Source: Chiloscyllium plagiosum (Eukaryota). From it: a DNA stretch of 64,000 nt. The notes beneath the pieces are model-generated. The model had not been told where the DNA came from and searched no databases. It was given only the letters and a program-made list of their open reading frames with translations. Made by a program: the position numbers and the translations under genes. Location of the stretch: contig NC_057718.1 of NCBI RefSeq assembly GCF_004010195.1, positions 67,769,872 to 67,833,871 on the forward strand, given 5' to 3'. The first letter of the stretch is position 1, and every line of letters begins with the position of its first letter. Positions 12,105 through 24,187 of the stretch are shown one piece after another.

Positions 12105-13065
12105 AGAATCATAGAATCCTGAGAGTGCAAAAAAAGGCCGTTTGGCCCAATGAGTCCACATTGACTCTCCAAAGGGCTTTCCATCCAAATTCAGACCCAT
12201 CCACCCTACTGTGATTTGATTTGATTTGATTTAGTTTTTGTCGCATGTATTTTGTTACAAAATAAAGTGAAAATTGTTATATAGTATTGCCACTCTCGGC
12301 TGCCTTTATAAAGCACAGAGAAATAACCCAAAGCTTAGAATATAAATGCAGAAAAGTAAAGAAATATAAAAAAAAGTGTTCAGCTTTACAGTTCGTGGCC
12401 CCTTCATACTGCCACCACCGCTGGAACAAAAATTACCATTCTTTGGTGCCATCTTGCCTCACCAATGCCCTTGGCACTGAGTCTTCATTGGACCTCATCA
12501 ATGTAGATGCCACCCATGCCACTGGGTACTGCACTGACCCAAACTCTACTCTGCTGCTGCCCCGAATGTGCTTTGGACCTAAGTTGCTGTTGCAGCAGCT
12601 GCTGATACTACCGGGTCTTGAACTGGGCTCAAACACGGTGCCGCCCCCATGAATCTGCGCTGGACGCAGAAGCTGCTGTGAACCCAGACTAGGTCCTGCT
12701 GCTGCCATGAGTCCGTGCTGGGCCCATTCTCTACTGCTGTCGCTGTGACCAAGCTCCTCAACGAGAGGTAAAAAAGAGAAAATAAAATGTGAAAAGAGAG
12801 GGAAGAAATGAAAATAAAAGCGGACGAGCCCTACTTCACCGCTAATCATGGCTAATCTACCTAAACTATACATCCCTGGATGCTATGGGGCAATTTAGCG
12901 TGGCTACTCCGCGTAACCTGCACATCTTTGGACTGTGGGAGGAAACTGGAGCACCTGGCGGATACCCATGCAGACGTGAGGAGAACATGAAAATTCCACA
13001 CAGGCAGTCACCCAAGGCTGGAATTGTACCCAGTTCCCTGATACTGAGGCAGCGGTACTAATTAC
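12105..13065 (-). mobile_element. HE1-type SINE split by a ~640-bp nested insertion
   Basis: The SINE 3' part lies at ~12105-12210 (tagaatcatagaatcc tail) and the 5' part at ~12850-13065, with the B/A boxes on the minus strand. Confidence 0.7.
12212..12848 (-). mobile_element. Non-autonomous retroelement with (AAATC)n tail (Rex1/Babar-like tail, inferred)
   Basis: The minus strand ends ...tacatgcgacaaaaactaaatcaaatcaaatcaaatc. The body is GC-rich with no recognisable protein. A similar tail occurs at ~30970-31050 (+). Confidence 0.5.
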
Positions 13066-13069
13066 AATA

Positions 13070-14610
13070 GTATATAGATACATAAAGAGGCAAGGATGAG
13101 CAAAGATAAAATGTGGGTCAATTACAGGCAGAGATAGGAAATTGAGAAGTGGCTAAGGTGTTAAGTAGATACTTTGTGTCTGAATTCAGAAACTAAAAAA
13201 CTCATGTAACCCGACTGTTTGTTTGAGAGAAGAGAAAATGTGCAACAACAGATCAGGTAATCTGACATCCGGATTAGGAAAAATGCTAGAACCTATTACA
13301 AAGAATGTGATCTGATATTTAGAAAATCGTTGTCTGATTGAACAGAGTTTATGTTTGACAAACCTGAGTTTTTTTGAGGGTGTTACTAGCAGAACCAATA
13401 AGGGGGAACCAGTGGATCTGTGTTTAAATTTTTAGAAGGTTGATAAAGTCCCTATTCAGGAGGTTAACAGAGGATTGGTTAAAAAGCAGGAAGTAGGGGA
13501 TAGGAATGATTGGGCCATTCCCAGGTGGCAGGCTGTGACCGGTGGGATAGCTCCAGGAATAGTGCTTAGGCACCAGCAGTTTGCAGTCTGTATTAATCTA
13601 TGTCAATATTTCCAAGTTTGTAGATGATACAAAACTTGGTAGGACTGAGAGTTGTGAAGAGGATGCAAAGATACTTTAAGGATGGAATATAAGTGTAAAG
13701 TTATCAACTTTTGGAGGGAGGAATAAAGGTGTGGAGTATTTTTTCAGTGATGAGAGATTGATGTCCAAAGGGATCGAAGTGTTCTTGTGTTCATGAGTCA
13801 CTGAAAGCTGGCCTACAGTTAGAGCAAGCAATTCAGAAAGCAAATGATATGTTGGCCTTTATTGTGAAAGGAGTGGTGTACAAAAACATGGTTGTCTTGC
13901 TTCAGTGTATCAAACATTAAAGAGAATGCACCTGAAGTGTCCTGTGCAGTTCTGGTACACTTGTTTAAGGATGGATACATTTACCAAAACGGGAAATCAG
14001 CAGAGGTTCACCAGATAATTTGAAGAGACTGGACATGTATTCTCTGGAATTTGAAAGAATTAGAGGCAACTCGTGGACACTTTCAAAATTCTTAAAAGGG
14101 TGGACAGAGTAAATGCAGAAAGATGTTTTCACTGGTTGTGGGGTCTAACACAGTGACATGGTCTCGGAATAAAAGGCAAACCATTCAGAACCGAGATGAC
14201 GATTGTTTTCATCGAGACATGCAGCACAGAAACTAGGACGTTTAGCCCACCCATGTCTGTGGCAACCATCAGGTACCAAGCTACACTAATCCTATTTATC
14301 TCCTTAGGTCTATAACCATTTTAAGAGCTTATCCAGATGCATCTTAAATATTGCAAGAGTACCTGCCACCACTACCCAATCGCTTAAGTGTGTTTAAGTT
14401 TTGGAATTCTGTACCCCAGAGGACTGTGGAAGCTTAGTTATTAAATGAGTTCAAGACAGAAATGAAAAGGCTTTTAAATCCTAATGATATCAAGGAATAT
14501 GATGTTGAGGTAATGGGTCAGTCATGAGTTAGAGTGGTGGAGAAGACACTGAGGTGAATGGCCTACTCTGTAACTACTCCTACTACTGTTCCTACCTTCC
14601 TATGTTCCTT
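13070..14610 (+). mobile_element. Decayed CR1-clade LINE (RT region to 3' end)
   Basis: Frameshifted RT motifs (tccaagtttgtagatgatacaaaactt = SKFVDDTKL) and a 3' tail ttcctatgttcct. An upstream decayed part lies at ~11560-12100. Confidence 0.75.
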
Positions 14611-14889
14611 TGAAAATAAGGACATAATTTTATTCCAATCAAAGGTAACACAGAGTTAAAATTGAGCATGTTGAGTCTAGAGCAGCAAAGAGATCAAGGA
14701 GTGCAAATATATCCGAATCTAAAAATAGTGATACAGATTAACAGACCATGAAATAAAACATTGTATCTTACTGCGTTTTACTTTTAAAGTAATAAAATTG
14801 AAGAGGGAATAGTGTTAACCTCACTCAGAATGTTAATTTAAGCCACAATTGGAGGGTTTCCTTTCTGGCTTAAAAGTAATGACCAAAAA

Positions 14890-15782
14890 CTCAAAAAAGC
14901 TCGGGGTGTAGTTGTGATCCAAGGCTTATCAATAATCTCAAGCCAATCTGCCCAGGTGTCTGCGGAAGTCCATGGCACTTGGGGGAACACAAGGGAACCT
15001 TTAATTGCTGCCCACTGGATTCCGTAAGCCAGATGTATCAGAGTGTAACATCATGTGGCAAACAATCATAAATACTGCAAGGTTGTACTAGCCAACTATA
15101 AAATGGTACTGGGCGTATGAATGGATCAGGGGCATCTTGGAGCATGCCGCCGACCTCAGTGTGAGTCCAGGGCTTATCAAAAGGTGTGTTGCTGATCAGT
15201 TGATCTGTGGGAGACTTCGTCTTCGAGCGGGTGTCATTCCTGAAGTGGATGTGGAGGGGACAGTAGAGTCAGGCTTGTCTTGGTTTTGTGGGACAGAGGC
15301 CTGTGCACCCTCATTGTTGAGTGGACTCTCTGCGGTGTTATCGAGTAGCATGAGAGAGGGTTCATGGTGTGAGCGAGTGGTGACAAAAGCTACAATCTCT
15401 TCCATGTGAAGGTTAGGGGTGAGGATGGGAAGCTTAGAGTATTAAGTTGGCGGTACGGAGGGAGGAGGCCTGGAAGAGGAAAGGTTATTCACTGACACTG
15501 ACGTCGCTGACGGCGATCTTTATTCTTAGGGGGCTGATGGCCTTTCGCGACTTCTTTAAATTTATCTAAACACTGGAGCATGTAATCAGTATCCTAAGAG
15601 GGGTCACCATACCCACCCTCAATGTTTGTCCTCCAGTTGCAGAGGGACCACCCATACAGATTGGAAGTGAGAGGAATAACATATCTACTGTCACCTGTCT
15701 CCTTCCAAACAGTATCAGCTGGTGACCCTGGCAGCACCAGGGGGTCTCCTACCTTACTTTTGTGTCAAACATCTTTACCATG
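14890..15782 (-). pseudogene. Degraded retroviral gag (matrix-like, Pro/Ser-rich spacer, capsid NTD-like)
   Basis: Manual translation gives GDPLVLPGSPADTVWKETGDSRY..., then PPPSVPPT*YSKLP..., then DKPWTHTEVGGMLQDAPDPFIRPVPFYSWLVQPCSIYDCLPHDVTL/LIHLAYGIQWAAIKG. Stops and frameshifts are present. Confidence 0.65.
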
Positions 15783-16162
15783 GCATGGTCTTATACGTCA
15801 AGGGGACAAATGGGCGTGGACCGTTCTTCTCAGTAGGACATGGTGTACTTGTCCCCAGGGCCGGACCTTTTATTTTATGTTCGGAAGTCATCAACCCTAT
15901 CGTCTTCCTCAGTTCCGAAGCGTGGATCTACGATCTGTGGAGAAATGAACAACAAACTAAACCAAGACAAACTTGCACTGGTGCCGTTGTCAATCCCTTA
16001 AGGTCACCTTAAATGATCACTGTTCTGTAGTAGCCATCTTTCCAGTCCCGTCTTGTCACATAGTCTTCCCCTAGCTTGGGATCAGCTTCTGGACTCAGGT
16101 TAGGATGGATGCAGGCAGATGACTTTATATTTTAAGTTCGCTCAGGATCCCGTAATTAAGGG

Positions 16163-16180
16163 ATCCTGACGACTATGCCA
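16163..16180 (-). promoter_or_regulatory. Primer-binding site complementary to the tRNA-Ser 3' end
   Basis: The plus strand reads ATCCTGACGACTATGCCA against the vertebrate tRNA-Ser 3' end ATCCTGCCGACTACGCCA (16/18). Confidence 0.85.
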
Positions 16181-16182
16181 AT

Positions 16183-16411
16183 TATTGAATAAATTATCCG
16201 GACTCCGGACCTTCAGCATTGACAAATTTTATTGCGTGATATCATGGGGAGCACACCTTTTCTAATCACGGTAGCCAGTGCTACTCCAAAATGCTTCCGA
16301 TCGCCGTGGATTTATGTAGTACAACGGTTGTCGAGCTAACAGTTTCTCAAGACTGTATGTAACAAGCTATTGTTTTCAGACCTTGAGTCAATACATACTC
16401 CAGATACTACA
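16183..16411 (-). repeat. Putative 5' LTR (~230 bp) of the ERV
   Basis: TG start, TATA-like box and poly(A) signal in the expected order, immediately upstream of the PBS. Confidence 0.6.
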
Positions 16412-19400
16412 TTTGCCCATTGATAATGTCTGTCCGGGTTGAGGTTTTGTTTAACAGGTGGCTGCAGACAAACAAGTCAGCAAAGCAAAGAGCTGCAGGC
16501 CAGCAAAACAGCTTCCATAATGGTAGATCGTGGTACTTGAGGCAAATTGACTTGAAATTGAACCAATTGTTGATATTTCATGTGGCCATTCAATTGAACA
16601 GCAATTACATTTACATTGAGGTAAGTAACTTAAAAAAGCTATAATAATTAGACAGAATAATACAGTAAACTTCGATATTTGAGGTATATAATTTTTGCCA
16701 GTAGTTCATAAAGTGCCAGTTAAAACAAAGTTTTAATGGAATTGGAAGGTAGGTGAAAATTTCTTTCACACAAGGTTGTTGAGCTTTTGAGGGCCCTACC
16801 TGAAATTATGAAATTACAATCCAGAGGAACTTTCCAAAGGTAATGGTCATATAACAAAAGAGAATGAATTTTGCATGATAGTGGGAGTAAAAACAGAGAT
16901 GTGGTATTGGGGAGGCTCTGAATTGGGCAATCTTTCATGAGCCAACACAGACATAACTAGCTGAATGGCCTCCTTCTGTGGAGCAAAATTCCATAATTCA
17001 TTAAAGCCGTGACCAATTTTTCCATTGGAAGAGCGAAGTACTGAAGCTAATTGTAACACCTTTCTTTTAGTACTCTGTCTGCGATTGTTCAGATGAGTCA
17101 GCACGCTTATACTGAAGACAGTATTGAGACCCCTGATTTTGTTGAGCATCAGTGTCCTAGACTTAGGTCTAAATAACAATTTGAACATTTGTGGCTCATC
17201 CAAGCTTTTGAACTGTTGTAAATTTGAGAGATGGTTAGTGATAAGTTTCAAGAAGACTTAAACAGGCCAAACCTAGGCAATTCAAGTATATGCAACTTAG
17301 TGACCAATTCTCTTTACTAATTGAGCCATTAGAGCTATTTTAAAAACATGTCACCGTGTCTATTATTGCCTGTCTATTCACAGTATGGCACTGCACTTTC
17401 ATACCTATTTAGAAGCGAAGGAGGAAGAGCTTCCTGGTGTTGCTACATATTGATGAAAAGCAAAGCAATTACTTATCTGTTGTATTTATTTATACCACAA
17501 AAAATAGGAATTGGAAGCCTAAAGCAGATTGGTTCACTGGTAGTGCATCAGAGAAAGGTTACAGCACAGCAGTACAGGGTGCCATTTAGCCCACTGTATC
17601 TGTGCAACTGTCTTCGCAAGAGTAATTCACTTGTTTCCACTCCACACTTTTGTGTTGTTTCATTAAACATAGCAGAATGTTCCTAATTTTTAATATAAAA
17701 CAATTTGAAAGCAAGCCTCAGAACTTCCAAGGTGAATCTCTTTCCATGGGAAGAAACAGTTTGGATGACTCTGTATGGAGAAGAATGTGTCGTCAAGGGG
17801 TTTTGACGTTTTTAAAGAGAATGGAGTTGAGTACCTTCAAAACAAGATTGTGCATTCTTATGCACAATGTGTCTGTCCGTTATGTCAACACTGATTTCAT
17901 ATGCAACATTTACAATTGGTTATGCACATCCAGACTTGGCTTAATGTTGCACATGAGAATGATATAAGCCTACACTATAAACCATTTTACTTGCAGAACA
18001 GACATCTATTAAGGCAATGAGAGAATCCATTGTCGTCGTCATAACTAATTTATGTGTGTACTTTAAGTACTTATTCATAAAGTTCAAGATATTTTAGTAA
18101 CTGCTTTCTCAACATGCCCTGGCACCTTCAGTAATTGCTGTACATATGCCTCCATGACACTCTGACCTTCTACCACCTTAGAATTGTACCCTTTATTTTA
18201 GATTGTCCCTGTTCACTCTTCCTATCAAAATGAATCCCCTCACACATCTCTGCATAAAATTTCAATTGCAATTCCTCTCCTCAGTGCACCAGCCTTTCTA
18301 TGACCTCTTGAAGTTGATCTGTTCTTCTCATAGTTATACTTCACTTTCAAATGTCGTGAAATTGTGCTATATGCACCAAAGTCTGGGCTTTTGATATGTA
18401 TCAGGAAAAGCAGTGGCCCTTACACCAGCTCCACTAAAAAAAAAGGTTCATTTGAATGACTGATTAGGAAGTATTTACAATTTTGTTTGCCAGAAGGACT
18501 GTTTGCAATTTCCAGTCAGGCCTTTCAAATTTATAATTTCTATGATGAGTTGGCAGCTTCTTGAGTGTTCAGTGACCGATCTCCATGGTAAATAAAATTC
18601 ATGGTCTATCAAGCCATGATATGGTTTGTATGGTAATACCATCAGCTGAGATCATAACATCCTGCCATGTTACAGCGTGGTAAAACTGGAGTACCTGAGA
18701 TCTGGAGCTTGCAGGGAACACTTGTATAAAACTTAGAAATGAAACTTATTCCTTGCTGCTCCAATAAATGTAACGTGAAAGAATTTGAATTGCTGGTAAA
18801 AGGTGCTACTGCCATGATTTTTTTTTAACCAAGATTTTCAATTCTGATTGCTAAGAAAGGACAAGGGGAAACTCAAATCCTACAGATTTCTGCCACAGAT
18901 GGCAGAATTTTAAGTACAACTTACATACATTGCAATTTGAGTTTCCATTCATTTTTTGTACTATTTGAAAAAAACTTTACACTAGAAGCCATCCCTCCCA
19001 CAAAGCTGACCAAACTCCAAGTGAACTGATTCCCATTGAAGTTTCGACTAATTGTATTATTTGCAATTTTGCCAGAAAGCTCTAAAAGTAGAGTTGGTTC
19101 TTTCATTTGCAAATATTCTAATAGCTTTAAAAAGCACTTAAAATAGTTTACGTAGTTGTAAATGCTTTTGGTTTTTTTTTCAGTAAAGAAATATTCCAGC
19201 ATAACTAGAAAATGTTTCTGCATATTTTTCCAATAGCATTTTGTGTCATTGAAATCTGGTTGCTCATGTGGCAGTTCGACATTGTGATTAAAATACTTTA
19301 TTTTTGATATACCCAGGTCAACAGTATTAACCAAACTTCAAATTACCCCTCAACTATATTATTGTCATATTTCTTGAAAGAAGTTTCAAAAATAATAATG

Positions 19401-20519
19401 CAAAACGTTGCTCAATTGTTCTGGGTCATGACAGATATCTTTGGCATATGTAAATAGTAAGCAGAGACATAAGAAGAAAACAATTTTAAAAAATGGTCAC
19501 AAGTGAAAGCTTTCTGCCCAGGCATTTAATAAGTTTGTATTTCATTGACTGTAAAATGAAAATGTCAGTGTTTCTTCCTCCCACACTCCAAGAGTTCACA
19601 TCTCTTGATGTGTGGTAATAATTTTAGAGCCAACTATGTGTCTCAAAGTGACCCAAGATTATTTGAATTTCTCATTCTCTTGCACTTCAGGGAAATTAGT
19701 CTGGCCACGATCCCTTTGACCTTCGAATGAAAACGTGCATGATGTCATACAGGCATACTTTATTATTAGAGCTACAAGAAGGACAGTATTCAAGGTGTTT
19801 GACTTATTTTTCTGCAAAAATCTTTAGTCCTGTTATAGTCTCTTTAACATTATATTTGATTACATATGTAGGCTTTTGCCTAGAAACTCAGTACTAATTT
19901 GAACATAAGATCTCCTGACATTTATTCCAAAATACCTTCCATTACTTCAAGTGGTATAAATGGGATAGAGTTTTAAAGTTGTCGCCCACCTTGACCGAAT
20001 CAGCCAAATTCTCCAGTTTTTGGCTATAATTCAATTATTGACACTTGCCACCAGTTTTGTCCTTTTATTTTCTTCAAACTACCTCTGGCCTTCAGTGCTG
20101 TTTTGTACCTCAATGATTAAAATGGAATTCAGCATACAGGACGTGATATAATGAAGTCCAAATAGTTTCAATATGATATCTGCTTATTTAGCCTCACGTT
20201 GATTGAGTTACTTAATTCAGTACTCCTTTCCTTTGGTTACCGTGCAGCTTTTTTGAAAATTCACACATGGTATCACTGACTTGCCAGCATTTATTGCCCA
20301 TCCCTAGTTGTGTTTAAAAAAATTTGATGGTGAATTGACATTTAATGTATGGCTACTAATGTCTTCAATTTCATCTGTGGCTATTTTGGCCCTATTCCCA
20401 GAGTATGTAGTTTGTGTAGTATTTATCTTCTGATGTACCAGGCTGAATTTTCATCTGATTTTATACTGTCCTCTGACTCGTGGAAACTAGTAACTGATTC
20501 ACCAACTGGTAGCTTAAAA

Positions 20520-21280
20520 AAATTTGTTCATAGGTTGTAGGCATCGCTGGCTAGATCTGCATTTATTGCCTATTCCTAATTAGCCTTAAGAAAGTGATAG
20601 TGAGCTTCCTTCTTGAACTGCTAAAGCAGTTTGGTACACGCACAGTGCTGCTGGAAGGGGGTTTCAGGATTTTAACACATGACAGTGAAAGAATGTAGAT
20701 ATAATGCCAAGTCAGGGTGATATGTGACTTGGAGGGTAACTTGCAGGAAAGGAGACCCATGTATGTGCTGTCCTTTTCCTTCTAGGTAGCAGATTTGAAA
20801 GGTACTGTCAAAGAAGCTTTGGTGAGTGGCTGAAGTGCATCTTGCAGTGGTATTGTGTGATGCACATGTTACTTGCTACTTGTCAACCAAGGCTTAGATA
20901 TTTTCTAGGTTTTGCTGCATATGGACATGGACTACTTGTTCTGTTATTGTAAATTGGAACTCCAAACAAGATCCAACAAGTAGCAAAGGAGAAGCACTTT
21001 GAATTGCTGATGTAGAAACCAATGAGTACTGGCTTTGATCCTTTGGTTGTGTGAAGAGTTTGATAAAGTGTTTCACTACATCACTGGGTACTCATTTTCC
21101 CTGATAATAGGAATAACCCGGCTCTGGCGCTCCACAATATCATCTTTAAGTCTATATTGCAGAAGTGTGGCAGTTACATGGTTGATACAAGACCACTGCA
21201 AAGATATGACAGCCTCATAGATGGTATAGGGCTGCTGCTTAGATGTTATAAGGCAGTTGCTACCTGTCCGATCACAGCAC
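20520..21280 (-). mobile_element. Decayed LINE 3' fragment (CR1/L2-type)
   Basis: The tail is shared with the 640-998 SINE, and ORF remnants read like a LINE ORF2 C-terminus. Confidence 0.5.
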
Positions 21281-23309
21281 ATATTCTTATATTCTTATGG
21301 TTTCTGTGGTTTTGGGTTTAATTATATTTGTTCTGGCTATGGCAAAGTCAATTTCTATAGCAATGGCACTTAAAACTGATCTCTGCAGTTAACAGCGATT
21401 GTTCAATGAAGTACTTCATATCATGTGACGCTAATATTGTAGTTACCCTCTGTTGTTCACTTAAGTGCTTCAACCATTTTAAAGGTCACGCGTTCCCTGT
21501 ATAATCAGTTCCCCACTTAGCAATACAAAACCGCCGTTCTTGCTTTGTAAGAACCTGCTCAGAGCTCATCCCTGATCTAATCAAGTCCCATTACGTTTTC
21601 CCTAATCTGATTAAGTCCAGTTTAACCCTTTCTTGTTCTGTGGGGATCCACTGAATCCCACAATCACTAATCTGACATTCTTTAGATGAATGTCTGTTGT
21701 GGGTTCTCTTGCACTCAATCTTTCATCTGATATTGAATTTAAATCCAATTCAATAATGAGAGCCTTTTAGTCATCTCTTCTTGCAAAGTCTCTTACATTA
21801 AAGCATTACATTTCTAATGGGCTACTCTGAGGTGTCAAAAATCAAAGCATCTTTTCCTTTTGAGATGTTGATTGAACTTTCTTAGGATGCTCAAAAACAC
21901 TTTTTATTTTTTAATGTATCTTCAGTTAATATTTTGTGCCTCCATGAAATAAAACCTGTACTCCAATAAGGTGATGATTTTAAAAGTTTAATATCCCACC
22001 TGTTGAATACTGAATTTTAATTTTGTTAGGTCTATAAGATATGTACAAATAAAACAAAGGAGATATTTTTAAAAAATTGAGGCATTAGTGAGATCCTGAG
22101 GGATAAATGTATGCCGGTAGCCATGAGAAGTTTTTTGCCAGAAAGTACCTTGTGTCATTCCAATCTGCTGTACTGATTGCTGTTTCACTGTGAGTCAGGA
22201 TGAAAAACTGTGTTAGTAACAATAAAATAAGGTTAACTCTGAAGAGGACTGCAAGTAACTTCAGGAAGTAGTTGATAGGCTAGTACATTGGGTAGATGGA
22301 TGAGATGAAATTTAATGTGGAGAAATGGAAGGTGATACATTTTGAGAGGAAGGAATAACTTGCAATATATTTATTATAATGCCTTTTTCACGTTCAGGAT
22401 TTCATGCTTAATAAATAGTAAACCAAAAAAATGATTTGGTAACTGTTCTTGATAATGGTGGAATAAGTATAAGTATGGACATTGTATCATCTCTTTAACC
22501 ACACACACTTCTGTGTTACCCTCCCATTTTTATACTTCCCTATAATTATTTCTGTAATCCACTACATTTGTGATCCTGTTTGCTATTCTTCTTCCAAGCT
22601 TCATAAAATCTGTCTGCAGGACATTTTCCTTCTGTTAAGCTATGACATTAATAGCAGATCTAAGCCAATCTACCAATCATTCAAAATAGTGAAAATCTAT
22701 TCTTTAAACTGTATGTATCATACTTTGAGCCATAATATCTTAATGATGGAGCAGTCGCAGAGAAAAGCTATGATGAAAGAAGGCAGTAAATTCTACACCC
22801 CATTATCCCATGTGTTCTTAAGACTTTTGGATGGTGAATGTCTGTTTAGTCACTAGGGGAAAAAACATATGTGTAAAAATCATCCTCCAATGAAGAGACA
22901 GATGGTTACAATGGTGCATGCATGTATGTCTGGCTGTGCTCTAGTTATTCTCACTAGTATTGAAAACCAAACAACACAGCTGAGTAACACTCAGGACCCC
23001 TGCATGACCTGCCTAGTCCTCTTTGGTTGCATAGCCTTAAGCTCAATTGACCACATCTTGTGGATGGACATTAGTGGAGATAGTTGCTATAAAAGTTCCA
23101 AATCCTCAAGCTTCTTCTATTGATGGTATTTTCTGAACCTGTGGTTAACCAGGGAAGAGTTTTGGAATTCCCAATGGAACAGAATTGTACATAACGGAGG
23201 TGTACTGCCAGATGTAAATTTATTGACTGTCACTTTCAACAAATAGCTTGAGTTGACATTACTTTCTCTAATAGGTTACTTCATTTGAAAGTTTTTCTTT
23301 TTTTCTAAA

Positions 23310-24187
23310 CAACCTATTTAAAGATATTATACACCGTGCTGTATGACCTATAACTATAACCACTGGAGCAAGTGAAACTTCAACCAAGACTCCTGGCCCA
23401 CTGTCAGGCATACTGCCAATGTGCCCTAAGAGCACTTGAAAGGTTGGTTAAAATAATTGTAAAACATTCTGTTTGGAGATGCTGTGAAATTCCTGCAGAC
23501 CTGGTAGAAGTTGAACCTGAACCTTCTGCTCATAGGTAGAGACACTACCACTGTGGTACAAGAGTAGTTTTATGAACATACAAGCCTAGCCTTGCAAGAG
23601 TTTACTCACTTGGTTGAGGTATACTAATCAACCCGCTCAGAAATGTTAGTACACACCCTAGAACAAATGGGACGTGAACCTGATCCTTCTAGTCAAGACT
23701 TAGGGGCACTACCACTGAACCACAAGACGGCCACCGTTAAAGCTTTCCATTTTCTTTAATTTTTTTTAAACGTTATTTTTCATTGAATCTATTTTTTAAT
23801 CAACCTGTTCAGAGATGTAATTACAGAACTTCGGAGCAGGTGGAATTTAACTCGAGTCTCTCGGTCCAGGGATAGGTACGTTACCTTTGAGCCATAAGTG
23901 GCTCCCTCTGAGTCTGCAATTTTTTTCTTTTCAACCTGCTCAGAAAAGTTACTGCACATCACTGAAGCAGGTAGGACTTGAGCATGTGCCTCCTGACTCA
24001 TAGGTAATGACATAATCACTGCATGAGAGAAGCCCTTTTTTAAAAAATTTAACCCATTTTTCTGAATCAATCTGTTCATCAGATGTAAATACACACCTCT
24101 AGAACAGGTGGGACATGAACCCTGGCCTCTCAGTCCAGGCATAGGACACTCCCAGTGCACCACAAGAGCATCCCCATTAAAGCTTTC
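23310..24187 (-). repeat. Tandem array of six diverged short tRNA-derived SINE units
   Basis: Units start near 23311, 23465, 23627, 23798, 23931 and 24064. Each reads approximately aatcaacctgttcagagatg...gagcaggtgggac..gaacc...accactg..ccacaag. Confidence 0.7.

Larger units (their letters stand above)
14885..16411 (-). mobile_element. Endogenous retrovirus 5' remnant: LTR, PBS(tRNA-Ser), leader and decayed gag
   Basis: On the minus strand: TGTAG start at 16411, CATAAA at 16316-16311, AATAAA at 16233-16228, then PBS TGGCATAGTCGTCAGGAT, then Gag-like translations. Confidence 0.8.

Noticed and set aside
15622..16012. Plus-strand ORFs of 96-108 aa
   Set aside because: They are antisense to the ERV leader/gag and have no recognisable motifs.
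16142..16169. Circovirus/CRESS origin stem-loop
   Set aside because: The loop lacks the TAGTATTAC-type nonamer and no Rep motifs are nearby. The overlap with a tRNA PBS explains the context better.
18921..19334. 137-aa minus-strand ORF
   Set aside because: It is AT-rich with a non-ATG start and has no motifs or splice support.
21480..21662. Possible LTR fragment ending tgtggggatccactgaatcccaca
   Set aside because: Boundaries, TSD and a second copy could not be established.
23310..24187. CRISPR-like or tRNA gene cluster
   Set aside because: The context is eukaryotic, and the units are ~110-bp diverged SINE monomers without an intact cloverleaf or identical short repeats.
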